A DNA stretch of 60,044 nucleotides, the filler included, from an uncultured bacterium (GTDB lineage Bacteria; DAOPZR01): NCBI GenBank assembly GCA_964637655.1. It is 4 parts of 4 records of this genome, joined end to end, with 100 filler letters (N's around TTAATTAATTAA, not from the genome) between each part and the next. Parts side by side here need not be neighbours in the genome. Positions count along the whole stretch, not along the records: positions 15,079 to 30,037 come from CAZWUZ010000061.1; positions 30,138 to 45,043 come from CAZWUZ010000062.1; 2 more parts are not named here. One strand, given 5' to 3'. The position numbers and the translations under genes are program-made. The notes below the pieces were generated by a model. That model saw only the letters and a program-made list of their open reading frames with translations. It had not been told where the DNA came from and did not search any database. Of this stretch, positions 27,788 to 36,934 are shown piece after piece; the first letter of the stretch is position 1, and the number at the start of each line of letters is the position of its first letter.

Positions 27788-29617
27788 ATGGACACGAAAA
27801 ATATTCCGCAGTTGGTTGATGAACTGATAAGCCGCACCGGGCTACCGCAGGAAAAACTGGCGGCCAGGATCAAAATATCTCTTCCTACCATCAACCGCTG
27901 GAAATCTGGCAGACACGCCCCCGACCAACTTGGTATTGCCGCGCTGGAAAAGTATGTGCGCAAATTGGGCGCGGAACATGCCGACCTGCTGGAAAAGTAC
28001 TTCGGCAAGAAGCGTAAAAGCCGCAAAGCGGATGCTGAAACGCCCGCGACTGCGTTCGACACCAAAGACATGGAGACAATGTTATGGAAGGCGGCCTGTT
28101 CGATCCGTGGCGAGAAGGACGCGCCAAAGTTCAAGGACTACATTCTGCCGCTGATTTTTGTCAAGCGACTGTCGGACGTGTTCGAGGACGAACTCGCGCG
28201 CCTGGCGGAAACCTACGGTGACCGCGATACGGCGCTATCGGTGGTTGAAGCGGATCCTGCGCTGGTGCGGTTCTACATTCCGGCGGAGGCGGCCTGGCCG
28301 GTGGTGAGTGGCCGGCAGTCGTTTGATTGGCCGGCCGGGAAAAAACCGAAAACGCTGGGCGAGCAATTGACCACCACCATCCGCGCCATCGCCAAAGCCA
28401 ATCCCATGCTGCAGGGCGTCATCGACATTGTTGACTACAACGAGACGCGCAATGGCGAGCGCGAGATTAGTGATGACGCGCTGCATCGCCTGATCGAGAC
28501 CCTGAGCATACCGCGCTATCGGTTGGGACTGGCTGATGTTGAGCCGGATTTTCTCGGGCGCGCCTATGAGTATCTGCTGCGCAAATTCGCCGAGGGACAG
28601 GGCCAAAGCGCGGGCGAGTTCTTTACGCCGAAAGAGGTAGGCTGGCTGATCGCCTACATGCTCCAACCGCAGCAGGGCGAGGAAGTATATGACCCGTGTG
28701 GCGGCTCGGGCGGGTTGCTCATCAAATGCCAACTGGCGCTGGGTGAGCGCGAGAAGAAGATCGCCCGCCCGCTGAAACTGTATGGGCAGGAACTGACTGG
28801 CTCCAGCTTCGCCATTGCGCGGATGAACATGATCGTGCACGACATGGAAGGTCAGTACGTGCGCGGCAATTCAATGACCAACCCGAAATACCTCGATGGA
28901 GCGAAACTCAAACAGTTCGACCTGGTCGTTGCCAATCCGATGTGGAATCAGGATAACTTCGACCCCGCGTACTACGAGACCGATCCGTTCGAGCGGTTTG
29001 CCGCACGCGGCGGTTTTGCGCCGGAGAAATTTGCCGACTGGGCCTGGCTCCAGCATATTCACTCGTCGCTGAAAGAGCATGGTCGCGCGGCGGTGGTTAT
29101 TGACACGGGCGCGGTGAGCCGCGGCAGCGGTGGCAAAGGCGAGAATCGCGAGCGGTCCATCCGCAAGTGGTTTGTTGATAACGATATCATTGATGCGGTG
29201 ATCCTGCTGCCGGACAACCTGTTCTACAACACCACCGCTGCCGGTGTGATTATTGTGATGGCCAATGATAAGCCAAAGGCGCGCAAGGGAAAGGTGGTGC
29301 TGATAAATGCCGCGGCTGAGTTCGAGAAGGGTCGCCCGAAGAATTTTCTGACCGATACCGCGGTGCGCAAAATTGCGGATGCGTATCACGCCGGCCGCGA
29401 GATGAAACATTTTGCTGCGGTCGTAGCGAACGGCGATATCGCGGAGAAACATGATTACAACCTGTCGCCGTCGCGCTATGTCGAGGCGGTGGTGACCACG
29501 GAGTATCGCGACATCCAGACGATACTGAACGAACTATCCGAACTTGATCGCCAGGCGGTGGCCGGCGACCGGGAATTGAAAAAGATTTTTGCGGGGTTGG
29601 GCTATGACTGGAAATAG
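27788..29617 (+). CDS. hsdM: Type I restriction-modification methyltransferase subunit with N-terminal XRE-type HTH
   Basis: LPQEKLAARIKISLPTINRWKSG (HTH); AGEFFTP, YDPCGGSGG, YGQE, ANPMW, LPDNLFYNT, YNLSPSRY. Confidence 0.92.
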   Translation: MDTKNIPQLVDELISRTGLPQEKLAARIKISLPTINRWKSGRHAPDQLGIAALEKYVRKLGAEHADLLEKYFGKKRKSRKADAETPATAFDTKDMETMLWKAACSIRGEKDAPKFKDYILPLIFVKRLSDVFEDELARLAETYGDRDTALSVVEADPALVRFYIPAEAAWPVVSGRQSFDWPAGKKPKTLGEQLTTTIRAIAKANPMLQGVIDIVDYNETRNGEREISDDALHRLIETLSIPRYRLGLADVEPDFLGRAYEYLLRKFAEGQGQSAGEFFTPKEVGWLIAYMLQPQQGEEVYDPCGGSGGLLIKCQLALGEREKKIARPLKLYGQELTGSSFAIARMNMIVHDMEGQYVRGNSMTNPKYLDGAKLKQFDLVVANPMWNQDNFDPAYYETDPFERFAARGGFAPEKFADWAWLQHIHSSLKEHGRAAVVIDTGAVSRGSGGKGENRERSIRKWFVDNDIIDAVILLPDNLFYNTTAAGVIIVMANDKPKARKGKVVLINAAAEFEKGRPKNFLTDTAVRKIADAYHAGREMKHFAAVVANGDIAEKHDYNLSPSRYVEAVVTTEYRDIQTILNELSELDRQAVAGDRELKKIFAGLGYDWK

Positions 29618-29655
29618 CAGGTGAGTGCGCACTACAGCCGCTCGATGGCACGGTT

Positions 29656-29849
29656 GAACTGTCCGAATTGAGCGGACAGTTAGTGGCGGAGGCGGATAGG
29701 ATCAATCGCAGTTGTCCGGCATTATCGGACAATTGATGGTTGAAATGTAGTGTACGAAAAAATCGTACAGACGAGAGTGGTTGCAGTAAGAAAAACGATG
29801 CATTTGCTTGAGATTCGTGAAGATGTATGAGGTCACAATTTGTGACCTC
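29656..29849. repeat. Cluster of four short palindromes
   Basis: AACTGTCCG-7-CGGACAGTT; CAGTTGTCCG-7-CGGACAATTG; TGTACGA-5-TCGTACA; GAGGTCACA-3-TGTGACCTC. Confidence 0.85.
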
Positions 29850-29876
29850 CAAAAATAACGGTTGGGAGGTGCGGCG

Positions 29877-30037
29877 ATGACAACCGAATTGATGACAATC
29901 CCGGCAAACCGGATTGACCGCTGCATCGTCATGCTGCGCGGGGAGAAGGTTATCCTCGCCCGTGATCTTGCCGCGCTCTACGGGGTATCCACCAAGGCAT
30001 TGAAACAAGCGGTTCGTCGCAACCGCAGCCGGTTCCC
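29877..30037 (+). CDS. ORF6N (KilA-N-like) domain protein, truncated at contig end
   Basis: I..LRGEKVILARDLAALYGVSTKALKQAVRRN..RF; GGGAGG RBS. Confidence 0.88.
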
Positions 30038-30137
30038 NNNNNNNNNNNNNNNNNNNNNNNNNNNNNNNNNNNNNNNNNNNNTTAATTAATTAANNNNNNN
30101 NNNNNNNNNNNNNNNNNNNNNNNNNNNNNNNNNNNNN
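30038..30137. other. Artificial contig linker
   Basis: N-run with TTAATTAATTAA. Confidence 0.97.
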
Positions 30138-30222
30138 CGTCCGCACTCCTCCGCGAGCTCGCGCCGGCGAGCGCGATGCCGGCGGCAAGAATCGCGACGC
30201 GGCGGGCACGCGTTTCCGCCAT
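30138..30222 (-). CDS. N-terminal fragment, possibly a Gx transporter (heptaprenyl diphosphate synthase I-like)
   Basis: MAETRARRVAILAAGIALA; call rests mainly on the usual apbE-NusG II-Gx gene order. Confidence 0.35.
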
Positions 30223-30235
30223 CAGTTCGCGCACC

Positions 30236-30612
30236 TTAGCGGGTGACGGCATCGCAGGCTCCCCGCTGCACATAGCGCACGACCACCTGTTCCGGCACGC
30301 AAATCAGCGCGTCGTCCGGCCCGCCCAGCCAGCGATGGGCCAGACAGATANNNNNNNNNNGCAATGCGCCTCGGCAACACGCACGCGCCCGTCGCGGAAT
30401 TCGAGCTGCAGGTGGCTGCGCCGCCCGTCGATGCTGACCGTGCGGTCGGGATGCAGCGGCAGCAGCCAGTCGCCATGCGGCGACTGCACCCGCACCGCGC
30501 GCGCCGCCGTCGTCTGCGCGGCCGCCGGCAGGTAGCGGAACGACAGCCCCACCGCCAGCAGCAGCAGCGCGAGCAGCAGGGCATCGGCAGTCGTCAGCAG
30601 CGGACGTTTCAC
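30236..30612 (-). CDS. NusG domain II-containing protein (spans a 10-N gap that shifts the frame)
   Basis: N-terminal TM; GRVRVAEAHC..[gap]..IC...W......ICVPEQVVV...DAVTR. Confidence 0.8.
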
Positions 30613-31598
30613 GGCTGCTCCCAGGCGTGGGTCGCGGTTTTCCCGGCATCACCGATAAGCAGCGCGCGGTACACATACGTATCCGCCAGCGCGTCGGGAC
30701 GCCCAAGGACGACGAGGGTCGTCGCCAGCGCATCGGCCACCATGCCGCGCGGCGCGATGACCGTGGCGCTGTGCCACCCGCTGCGCGCGGGAATACCCGT
30801 GCGCGGGTCGATAATATGGTGGTAGCGTACGCCGTCGTATTCGTAGCCGCGCTCGTAGTCGCCCGAGGTGGCAACAAAGAGCGTTTCGCCGTGACGCGGC
30901 GCGATTTCCTGCTCGCTGAAGAGACGGTCAGCCAGCAGCGGGTCCTGCACGCCTATTTTCCAGGCGCGCCCCGACGGGTGGCGTCCGAGCACCGCCACAT
31001 CACCGCCCAGTTCGATAATCCCGTCGCTGACGCCCGCGGAGCGCCACAGTGCCACCAGCTGTTCCAGCGCGAATCCTTCGGCCAGCGAGCCGAAAAACGC
31101 CTCGCTCCCCGTATCAATGGTGACGTCGCTGTCGGTCAGGTGCACATGCCGCACCCAGCTGACGCGCGGCAGCAGCGCGCGCACCGTGCGCGGGTCGGGT
31201 GGCATCGTGGCGAGGGTATCGCCCCACAACCCGTAGAGGTCAAGCAGCGGGATGACGGTCGGATCATAGGCCCCGGCGCTGTCGCGGTGCAGGGCGTCGG
31301 CAAAACGGAGGATAGCCGGCCAGATACCGCGCAGCGGCAGTACCGGGCGCGGCAGGGCATTGAGCGCGCCGGCAAAACCGTCGCCGCCGCGGGCAAACTC
31401 GCGCTCGAGTTCCGTGAGCAGTTGCACGCTGCGCGCGCGCAGGTCATCCCAGTCAGCGTGGGGGCAGACCGCCTGCAGCGTCGCCGTGGTGCCGAAGGCA
31501 AAGATGGTCGCCTGCTGCAGCGACGGCTGCTGCCGCTGCCGCAGCAGGAAGAGTGCGGCCAGCGTCGCCAGCAGCAGCGCGAGGATGAGGCGTCGCAT
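30609..31598 (-). CDS. apbE: FAD:protein FMN transferase
   Basis: FGT, GAYDPTV, LGGDV, WKIGVQDP, ATSGDYER, YHHIIDPRTG, ADALAT. Confidence 0.92.
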   Translation of the reverse strand: MRRLILALLLATLAALFLLRQRQQPSLQQATIFAFGTTATLQAVCPHADWDDLRARSVQLLTELEREFARGGDGFAGALNALPRPVLPLRGIWPAILRFADALHRDSAGAYDPTVIPLLDLYGLWGDTLATMPPDPRTVRALLPRVSWVRHVHLTDSDVTIDTGSEAFFGSLAEGFALEQLVALWRSAGVSDGIIELGGDVAVLGRHPSGRAWKIGVQDPLLADRLFSEQEIAPRHGETLFVATSGDYERGYEYDGVRYHHIIDPRTGIPARSGWHSATVIAPRGMVADALATTLVVLGRPDALADTYVYRALLIGDAGKTATHAWEQP

Positions 31599-31619
31599 CA
31601 GCGGCAGGGCGCCGCGGGC

Positions 31620-32672
31620 TTACTGCGGGTCGGCCCCGCGGTCAAGATCCGCGAGGAGTTTCTTCGCCTCGCGCATGAACTCGTCGTCCTGTTCCCAGAG
31701 CGAGACGAAAGCGGAGAGTTCCGCGCGCGCCGTGGCGAAATCGCCCAGGCGGTGGCAGTTCATGCCGAGGTTGTAGTAGGTTTCCGTCGATTCCGGCGCG
31801 AGGGCCAGCAGGCGGCGCAACTGCCTGTTGGCGGCGGCATACTCACCCTTCGCCTCGAACAGTTCCGCCATGTTGTTGAGCGCCTCGGTGTAGTCCGGGT
31901 CGGCCGTGAGCGCCTTCTCGTACCAGACCTGCGCCTCGGCGAAACGGTCCTGCCGGAAGAGGGTGTAGCCGAGGTTGTTCATCGCCTCGACGAGCTGCGC
32001 GTCGATTTCCAGCGTGCGCCGGAAATGTTTCTCCGCGCGCGCGTAATGGCCCGACTGGCAGAGGGTGAGCCCGAGCTCGAAATGCACGTCGCGGGCGCGC
32101 GGGAACTGCACCGCCGCGGCGATGAGCGCCGCCAGCGCCTCACCCAGCCGGTTGGCGGCGCGGTAGGCGATGGCGAGGTTGACATGCGTCCACGCCTGGT
32201 CGGGCGCGAGACGCACCACGTGCCGGCTGGCGGTCACCGCCTCGTCATGCCGCCCGAGCTGCTGGCAGCAGAGCGAGACGCTGTTCCACGCGTCGGCATG
32301 GCGCGGGTTGGCGGTCGTCACCTGCGAAAAGAGGTGCAGCGCCCCGAGGAAATTCCCCTCGTCGAAATTGTACTGCCCGAGGTTGTAGCGTACCGTCAGG
32401 TTCTGCGGCACCTGCTGCAGCACCTTGAGGTACTCTTCGAGCGCGCGCGCGCGCTGGTTCTGGTTGAGGAAGAGGTTGCCGAGGTTGAGCCGCGCCTGCC
32501 AGAAGTCGGGCTTGAGCTGCAGCGCGGCGCGGAACGCCACCAGCGCCCCCGTCTCGTCCCCGAGGCGCACGAGCAGCGCCCCGAGCTTGAAGTGGAGGAC
32601 CGGGTCGTCCGGATGCGCCTTGAGCGAGCGGCGCACCCGCTCGAGCAGGTGGCGGTTAGTGCTTAGAGCCAC
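31620..32672 (-). CDS. Tetratricopeptide repeat protein
   Basis: Repeated TPR consensus (ARLNLG, YNLG, AMNNLG, ALNNMA); GTG start overlapping the asd stop. Confidence 0.85.
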   Translation of the reverse strand: MALSTNRHLLERVRRSLKAHPDDPVLHFKLGALLVRLGDETGALVAFRAALQLKPDFWQARLNLGNLFLNQNQRARALEEYLKVLQQVPQNLTVRYNLGQYNFDEGNFLGALHLFSQVTTANPRHADAWNSVSLCCQQLGRHDEAVTASRHVVRLAPDQAWTHVNLAIAYRAANRLGEALAALIAAAVQFPRARDVHFELGLTLCQSGHYARAEKHFRRTLEIDAQLVEAMNNLGYTLFRQDRFAEAQVWYEKALTADPDYTEALNNMAELFEAKGEYAAANRQLRRLLALAPESTETYYNLGMNCHRLGDFATARAELSAFVSLWEQDDEFMREAKKLLADLDRGADPQ

Positions 32673-33682
32673 GAGTTCTGCACCAGCAGCTGACCGATCT
32701 GAATGGCATTGGTCGCCGCCCCCTTGCGGATCTGATCGCCGGCGACAAACAGGTCGATGCCCCGCCCGTCGGTGCGGCTGATATCCTGGCGGATGCGCCC
32801 GACGAGGATATCGTCCTGATGCGACGCCTCGAGCGGCATCGGGAAGTGGCTTTGCGCCGGGTCGTCGACGATTTTCACCCCCGGCGCTTTGCCGAGGATG
32901 GCGGTCACTTCGGCCGGGGTGATCGGGCGCTCGAACTCGAGGTTGATCGCCTCGCAATGCGCGCGCGGGACAGGAACGCGGACGCAGGTGGCAGTGACCA
33001 TGATGCCGGGCGCGCTGAAAATCTTGCGCGTCTCCTTCACCATCTTCATCTCCTCCTCGTTGTAGCCGTTGTCGCCCACCGCGCTGTTGTGCGCGAAGAT
33101 GTTGTTGACGATCTGATGCGGGAATTTGTTCGGTTTGACCGGTGCACCGGCGGCATACGCCTTGATCTGCTCGTCAAGTTCCCACAGCCCCCACGCCCCT
33201 GCCCCGCTCACCGCCTGGTAGGTGCTCACCACCATGCGCTTGACCGGGTTGGCCTGATGCAGCGGCCAGACCGGGACATTCATGATGATGGTCGAACAGT
33301 TGGGGTTGGCGATGATCCCCTTGGGGCGCACCTTCGCCGCCGCCGGGTTGACCTCGGGCACCACGAGGGGCACGTCGGGATCCATGCGGTAGGCGCTCGA
33401 ATTGTCGATGACGACACATCCGGCTGCCGCCGCCGCCGGGGCGAATTCCAGCGACCGTCCGCCACCCGCCGAGAAAAAGGCGATCTGGCAGCCCGCGAAG
33501 GAATCCTTCGTCAGTTCCTGCACCGCGATGTCCTGCCCGCGGAATTTCAGTTTCTTGCCGACCGAGCGCGCCGACGCCAGCAGGACCAGTGTGTCGACCG
33601 GAAAGTCGAACTGTTCCAGCGCCAGAATCATCTCGGTGCCGACGGCTCCGGTCGCTCCTGCCACTGCCACGGTGTAGCCCAT
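32663..33682 (-). CDS. asd: Aspartate-semialdehyde dehydrogenase
   Basis: GATGAVG, ANPNCST, STYQAVSGAG, KGAATNAIQI; AAGGAG RBS. Confidence 0.97.
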   Translation of the reverse strand: MGYTVAVAGATGAVGTEMILALEQFDFPVDTLVLLASARSVGKKLKFRGQDIAVQELTKDSFAGCQIAFFSAGGGRSLEFAPAAAAAGCVVIDNSSAYRMDPDVPLVVPEVNPAAAKVRPKGIIANPNCSTIIMNVPVWPLHQANPVKRMVVSTYQAVSGAGAWGLWELDEQIKAYAAGAPVKPNKFPHQIVNNIFAHNSAVGDNGYNEEEMKMVKETRKIFSAPGIMVTATCVRVPVPRAHCEAINLEFERPITPAEVTAILGKAPGVKIVDDPAQSHFPMPLEASHQDDILVGRIRQDISRTDGRGIDLFVAGDQIRKGAATNAIQIGQLLVQNSWL

Positions 33683-33739
33683 TGCTGCACTCCTTGGTTT
33701 ATCACTCACCCGCCGCCGCGCGGCGGTGAACGTCAGTCG

Positions 33740-34810
33740 TTACAGCGTCGCCACCGTTTTGGCGACCAGGTCGCCAACCTCGGTGGTTCCCATCCCCATC
33801 CGGCCCGCGGCCAGCGACGGGATTTTCCCGCTGCCGAGCACCTGCGAGACCGCGCGCTCGATGAGCGCCGCCGCTTTCGTCTCGCCCAGCGTGTCGAGCA
33901 TCAGGCCGCCGGCGCAGATGGCCGCCAGCGGGTTGATGACGTTCTTCCCCGTGTACTTCGGGGCGCTGCCGCCCATCGGCTCGAACATCGACACCCCCTC
34001 CGGGTTGATGTTGCCGCCGGCGGCGATACCCAGCCCGCCCTGGATGATGGCGGCGAGGTCGGTGATGATATCGCCAAACAGGTTCTCCGTTACAATGACG
34101 TCGTACCATTCGGGCTGCTTGACGAACCACATGGTGCAGGCGTCGACGTGATTGTAGTCGCGCTTGATGCCGGGATAGGATTTTTTCCCCATCTCGTTGA
34201 AGGCGCGGAACCAGAGGTCACCCGTCTGCGTCAGCACGTTGGTCTTGTGCACCAGCGTCAGCTGGTTCTTCTTCGCCCGACGCCGGGTCAGTTCGTAGGC
34301 GTACTTGAGACAGCGGTCGACCTGATAGCGCGAGTAGACCATCACCTGGGTGGCGACCTCGTGCGGGGTGCCCTTCATCATCTCGCCGCCGATGCCGGTA
34401 TAGATACCGCCCGTATTCTCGCGCACGACGACGAAATCGATGTCCTGCGGCCCCTTGTCCTTGAGCGGGGTGTCGACGCCGGGGTAGAGTTTCACCGGGC
34501 GCAGGTTGATGTACTGGTCGAGCGCAAAGCGCAGGTGGAGCAGAATCCCCTTTTCGAGGATGCCCGGCTTGACGTCGGGATGGCCGATGGCGCCAAGGAA
34601 GATGGCATCGAACTGTTTCAGGTCGTCAACCGCCGTTTTCGGCAGCACTTCGCCCGTCTTCAGGTAGCGTTCGCCGCCGAAATCGAAACTGGTCAGTTCC
34701 AGCTTGAACTGTTCGCGCGCTGCCACCGCGTCGAGGACTTTGAGCGCCTCGCGCACCACTTCGGGGCCGGTACCGTCGCCCCCCAGCACCGCAATCTTGT
34801 GCGTCTTCAT
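33740..34810 (-). CDS. leuB: 3-isopropylmalate dehydrogenase
   Basis: GDGTGPEV, NLRPVKL, VRENT, NLFGDIITD, FEPMGGSAP. Confidence 0.92.
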   Translation of the reverse strand: MKTHKIAVLGGDGTGPEVVREALKVLDAVAAREQFKLELTSFDFGGERYLKTGEVLPKTAVDDLKQFDAIFLGAIGHPDVKPGILEKGILLHLRFALDQYINLRPVKLYPGVDTPLKDKGPQDIDFVVVRENTGGIYTGIGGEMMKGTPHEVATQVMVYSRYQVDRCLKYAYELTRRRAKKNQLTLVHKTNVLTQTGDLWFRAFNEMGKKSYPGIKRDYNHVDACTMWFVKQPEWYDVIVTENLFGDIITDLAAIIQGGLGIAAGGNINPEGVSMFEPMGGSAPKYTGKNVINPLAAICAGGLMLDTLGETKAAALIERAVSQVLGSGKIPSLAAGRMGMGTTEVGDLVAKTVATL

Positions 34811-34811
34811 C

Positions 34812-35339
34812 TTAGCGTGTTCCTTTCTTCGTATTCTTCTTTTGCTTCGTTTTCAGCTGCCGCATCGTGTAGGGGATGAGTCCGCCCGCCGCGATGAGTT
34901 CCTGCATGAACGGCGGGAACGGTTCCGCCGTGTAGGTCTTGCCCGTCGCCTTGCTGCGGATGGTGCCGCTCGTCACATCGACCGTCAGCGTGTCACCCGC
35001 CTTGATGGCCTTCGCCGCCGCCGGGCATTCGAGGATGGGGAGCCCGATATTGATGGCGTTGCGGTAGAAAATGCGCGCGTAGGTCGCGGCGATAACGCAG
35101 CTGATATTCGCCGCCTTGATGGCGATGGGCGCATGTTCGCGCGAGCTGCCGCAGCCGAAATTTCTGCCGGCGACGATGATGTCACCCGCCTTCGCCCGCT
35201 TCGGGAAATCAGCGTCGATATCCTCCATGCAATGCGACGCCAGTTCCGCCTCGTCAATGGTGTTGAGGTAGCGCGCCGGGATGATCTCGTCGGTGTTGAC
35301 ATCATCCCCGTAGCGGTGCACCTTACCCGTCAGTGCCAT
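34812..35339 (-). CDS. leuD: 3-isopropylmalate dehydratase small subunit
   Basis: [38 protein letters not shown]. Confidence 0.93.
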   Translation of the reverse strand: MALTGKVHRYGDDVNTDEIIPARYLNTIDEAELASHCMEDIDADFPKRAKAGDIIVAGRNFGCGSSREHAPIAIKAANISCVIAATYARIFYRNAINIGLPILECPAAAKAIKAGDTLTVDVTSGTIRSKATGKTYTAEPFPPFMQELIAAGGLIPYTMRQLKTKQKKNTKKGTR

Positions 35340-35340
35340 G

Positions 35341-36111
35341 TCACTTCTTCTCCTTGAGCAGGGCACGCGCCGCCTCGACCGCGACCGTCAGGCCGCTGAC
35401 CTCCGCCTTGCGCACCAGTTCCTCGTGCACGCCCTCACGCTGCGTGCGGTTGACGATGACGCCCGCCACACACCCCGCGCGCAGCCCGTTGGCCGCGCAG
35501 GCGGTGAAGAGCGTCGCCGATTCCATCTCGTAATTCATCACATTGAGCGCCTGCCATTCCTTCATGGTGCCCTGCAGGGAGCGCGGCATGTACTTGCGGA
35601 AGGAATCGTAGCGTTCCTGCCCGTGATAAAAGGTGGCGCAGGAGGCGGTGATACCGGTATGGTAGGCGATCTTTTTGCGTTCCGCCGCGTCGACCAGCGC
35701 GCGCGTCACGCCAAAGTCGGCGACCGCGGGATATGACAGCGGCGCGTAGTGCTCCGACGAGCCGTCGAGGCGCACCGACCCGGTGGAAATGACCACGTCG
35801 CCGAGTTTGATGTGTTTCTGAATGGCGCCGGTGGTACCGATGCGGATAAAGGTCTTGATGCCGAGCATCGCCAGTTCCTCGATGGCAATCGAGGTCGAGC
35901 CGCCGCCGATACCGGTGGAGGTGGCGATGACCGGCTTGCCGTCGAGGTAGCCGAGCCAGGTGCAGTACTCGCGCTTGCGCGCCAGTTCCACGCCCTGCTT
36001 ATCGAACGACTGGACGATGATTTTGCTGCGGTCCGGGTCGCCCGGCACAAAGGCGATGGTCGCCCCGCGCAGGTCCTTCTTGCTCAGATGCAGATGGTAG
36101 ATGTTGGCCAT
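35341..36111 (-). CDS. udp: Uridine phosphorylase
   Basis: YHL, PGDPDR, STGIGG, RIGTTG, GQERY, NYEMESA. Confidence 0.93.
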   Translation of the reverse strand: MANIYHLHLSKKDLRGATIAFVPGDPDRSKIIVQSFDKQGVELARKREYCTWLGYLDGKPVIATSTGIGGGSTSIAIEELAMLGIKTFIRIGTTGAIQKHIKLGDVVISTGSVRLDGSSEHYAPLSYPAVADFGVTRALVDAAERKKIAYHTGITASCATFYHGQERYDSFRKYMPRSLQGTMKEWQALNVMNYEMESATLFTACAANGLRAGCVAGVIVNRTQREGVHEELVRKAEVSGLTVAVEAARALLKEKK

Positions 36112-36186
36112 ACAATTCCCCCGTCAGAAGTAGGCGTAACGTATAACATATTGGGAACATTCCCGTCAAGCGCCGCCGCAACAGCG

Positions 36187-36888
36187 CTACTGGCGTACCG
36201 GCAGGTAGTTGCGCACCTTGGCCACGAGGTCAGGGGGTGTGAACGGCTTGGCGATGTAGCCGTCACCGCCCGCCTGCACCGCCTCGACCACATTTTCCTT
36301 CGCGGTCTTGCCGGTGAGAAAGACCACGGGCACCTTGCGCGCCTTCCCCTCCGCCTCCGCCATCTTCTCCTTCAGTTTCGTGCAGGTCTCCGGCCCGTTC
36401 ATGCGCGGCATCTCGTAATCGAGCAGAATCAGGTCGAAATGCTGCCGCTGGAACTTGAGCAGCGCCTCGCCCCCCGACTCGGCGGTGACCACCGTCAGTT
36501 TTTCGCGTTCCAGCACCTGGCGGATGAGTTTGAGCATCAGCGGGTCGTCATCGACCACGAGCACGACAGCGCCGGTGGCGGCGGGCGCTTCGGCCACCGG
36601 GGCGTCGTAGATTGCGCGCAGCTCCGGGTCGGCGCGCAACCCGTCACCGAACACCGTCGCGAGCAGGCGCTGCACCACCGCCGGTGCCGGGGGCGCGCCC
36701 GCCCATTCCGTGTGCTGTTCGACATATGCAGCAACGAACCGGCGCAGCATTTCCGGGGTCACCGCCAGCGCGGGCGCCTGCGCCTGCTGCCACTCCAGCG
36801 CCCAGCCGCGCTTCTTCTCCGCGAGGACCAGTTCGACTTCACTGCGGGTCAGGGTGGCCTTTTGCAACAATGCATCCGCGTTCGTCAT
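36187..36888 (-). CDS. Response regulator receiver protein with N-terminal extension
   Basis: VLVVDDD, LLDYEMP, FLTG, AKPF; AAGGAG RBS. Confidence 0.88.
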   Translation of the reverse strand: MTNADALLQKATLTRSEVELVLAEKKRGWALEWQQAQAPALAVTPEMLRRFVAAYVEQHTEWAGAPPAPAVVQRLLATVFGDGLRADPELRAIYDAPVAEAPAATGAVVLVVDDDPLMLKLIRQVLEREKLTVVTAESGGEALLKFQRQHFDLILLDYEMPRMNGPETCTKLKEKMAEAEGKARKVPVVFLTGKTAKENVVEAVQAGGDGYIAKPFTPPDLVAKVRNYLPVRQ

Positions 36889-36934
36889 CAGCATGCTCCT
36901 TGCATTGCCGTGATTGTATAGTAGAATAACCGGC

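Noticed and set aside
30236-30612. Apparent frameshift/pseudogene in the NusG-II gene (similarly the O-antigen ligase start at 26242-26251)
   Set aside because: The frame change coincides with a 10-N placeholder gap of uncertain true length
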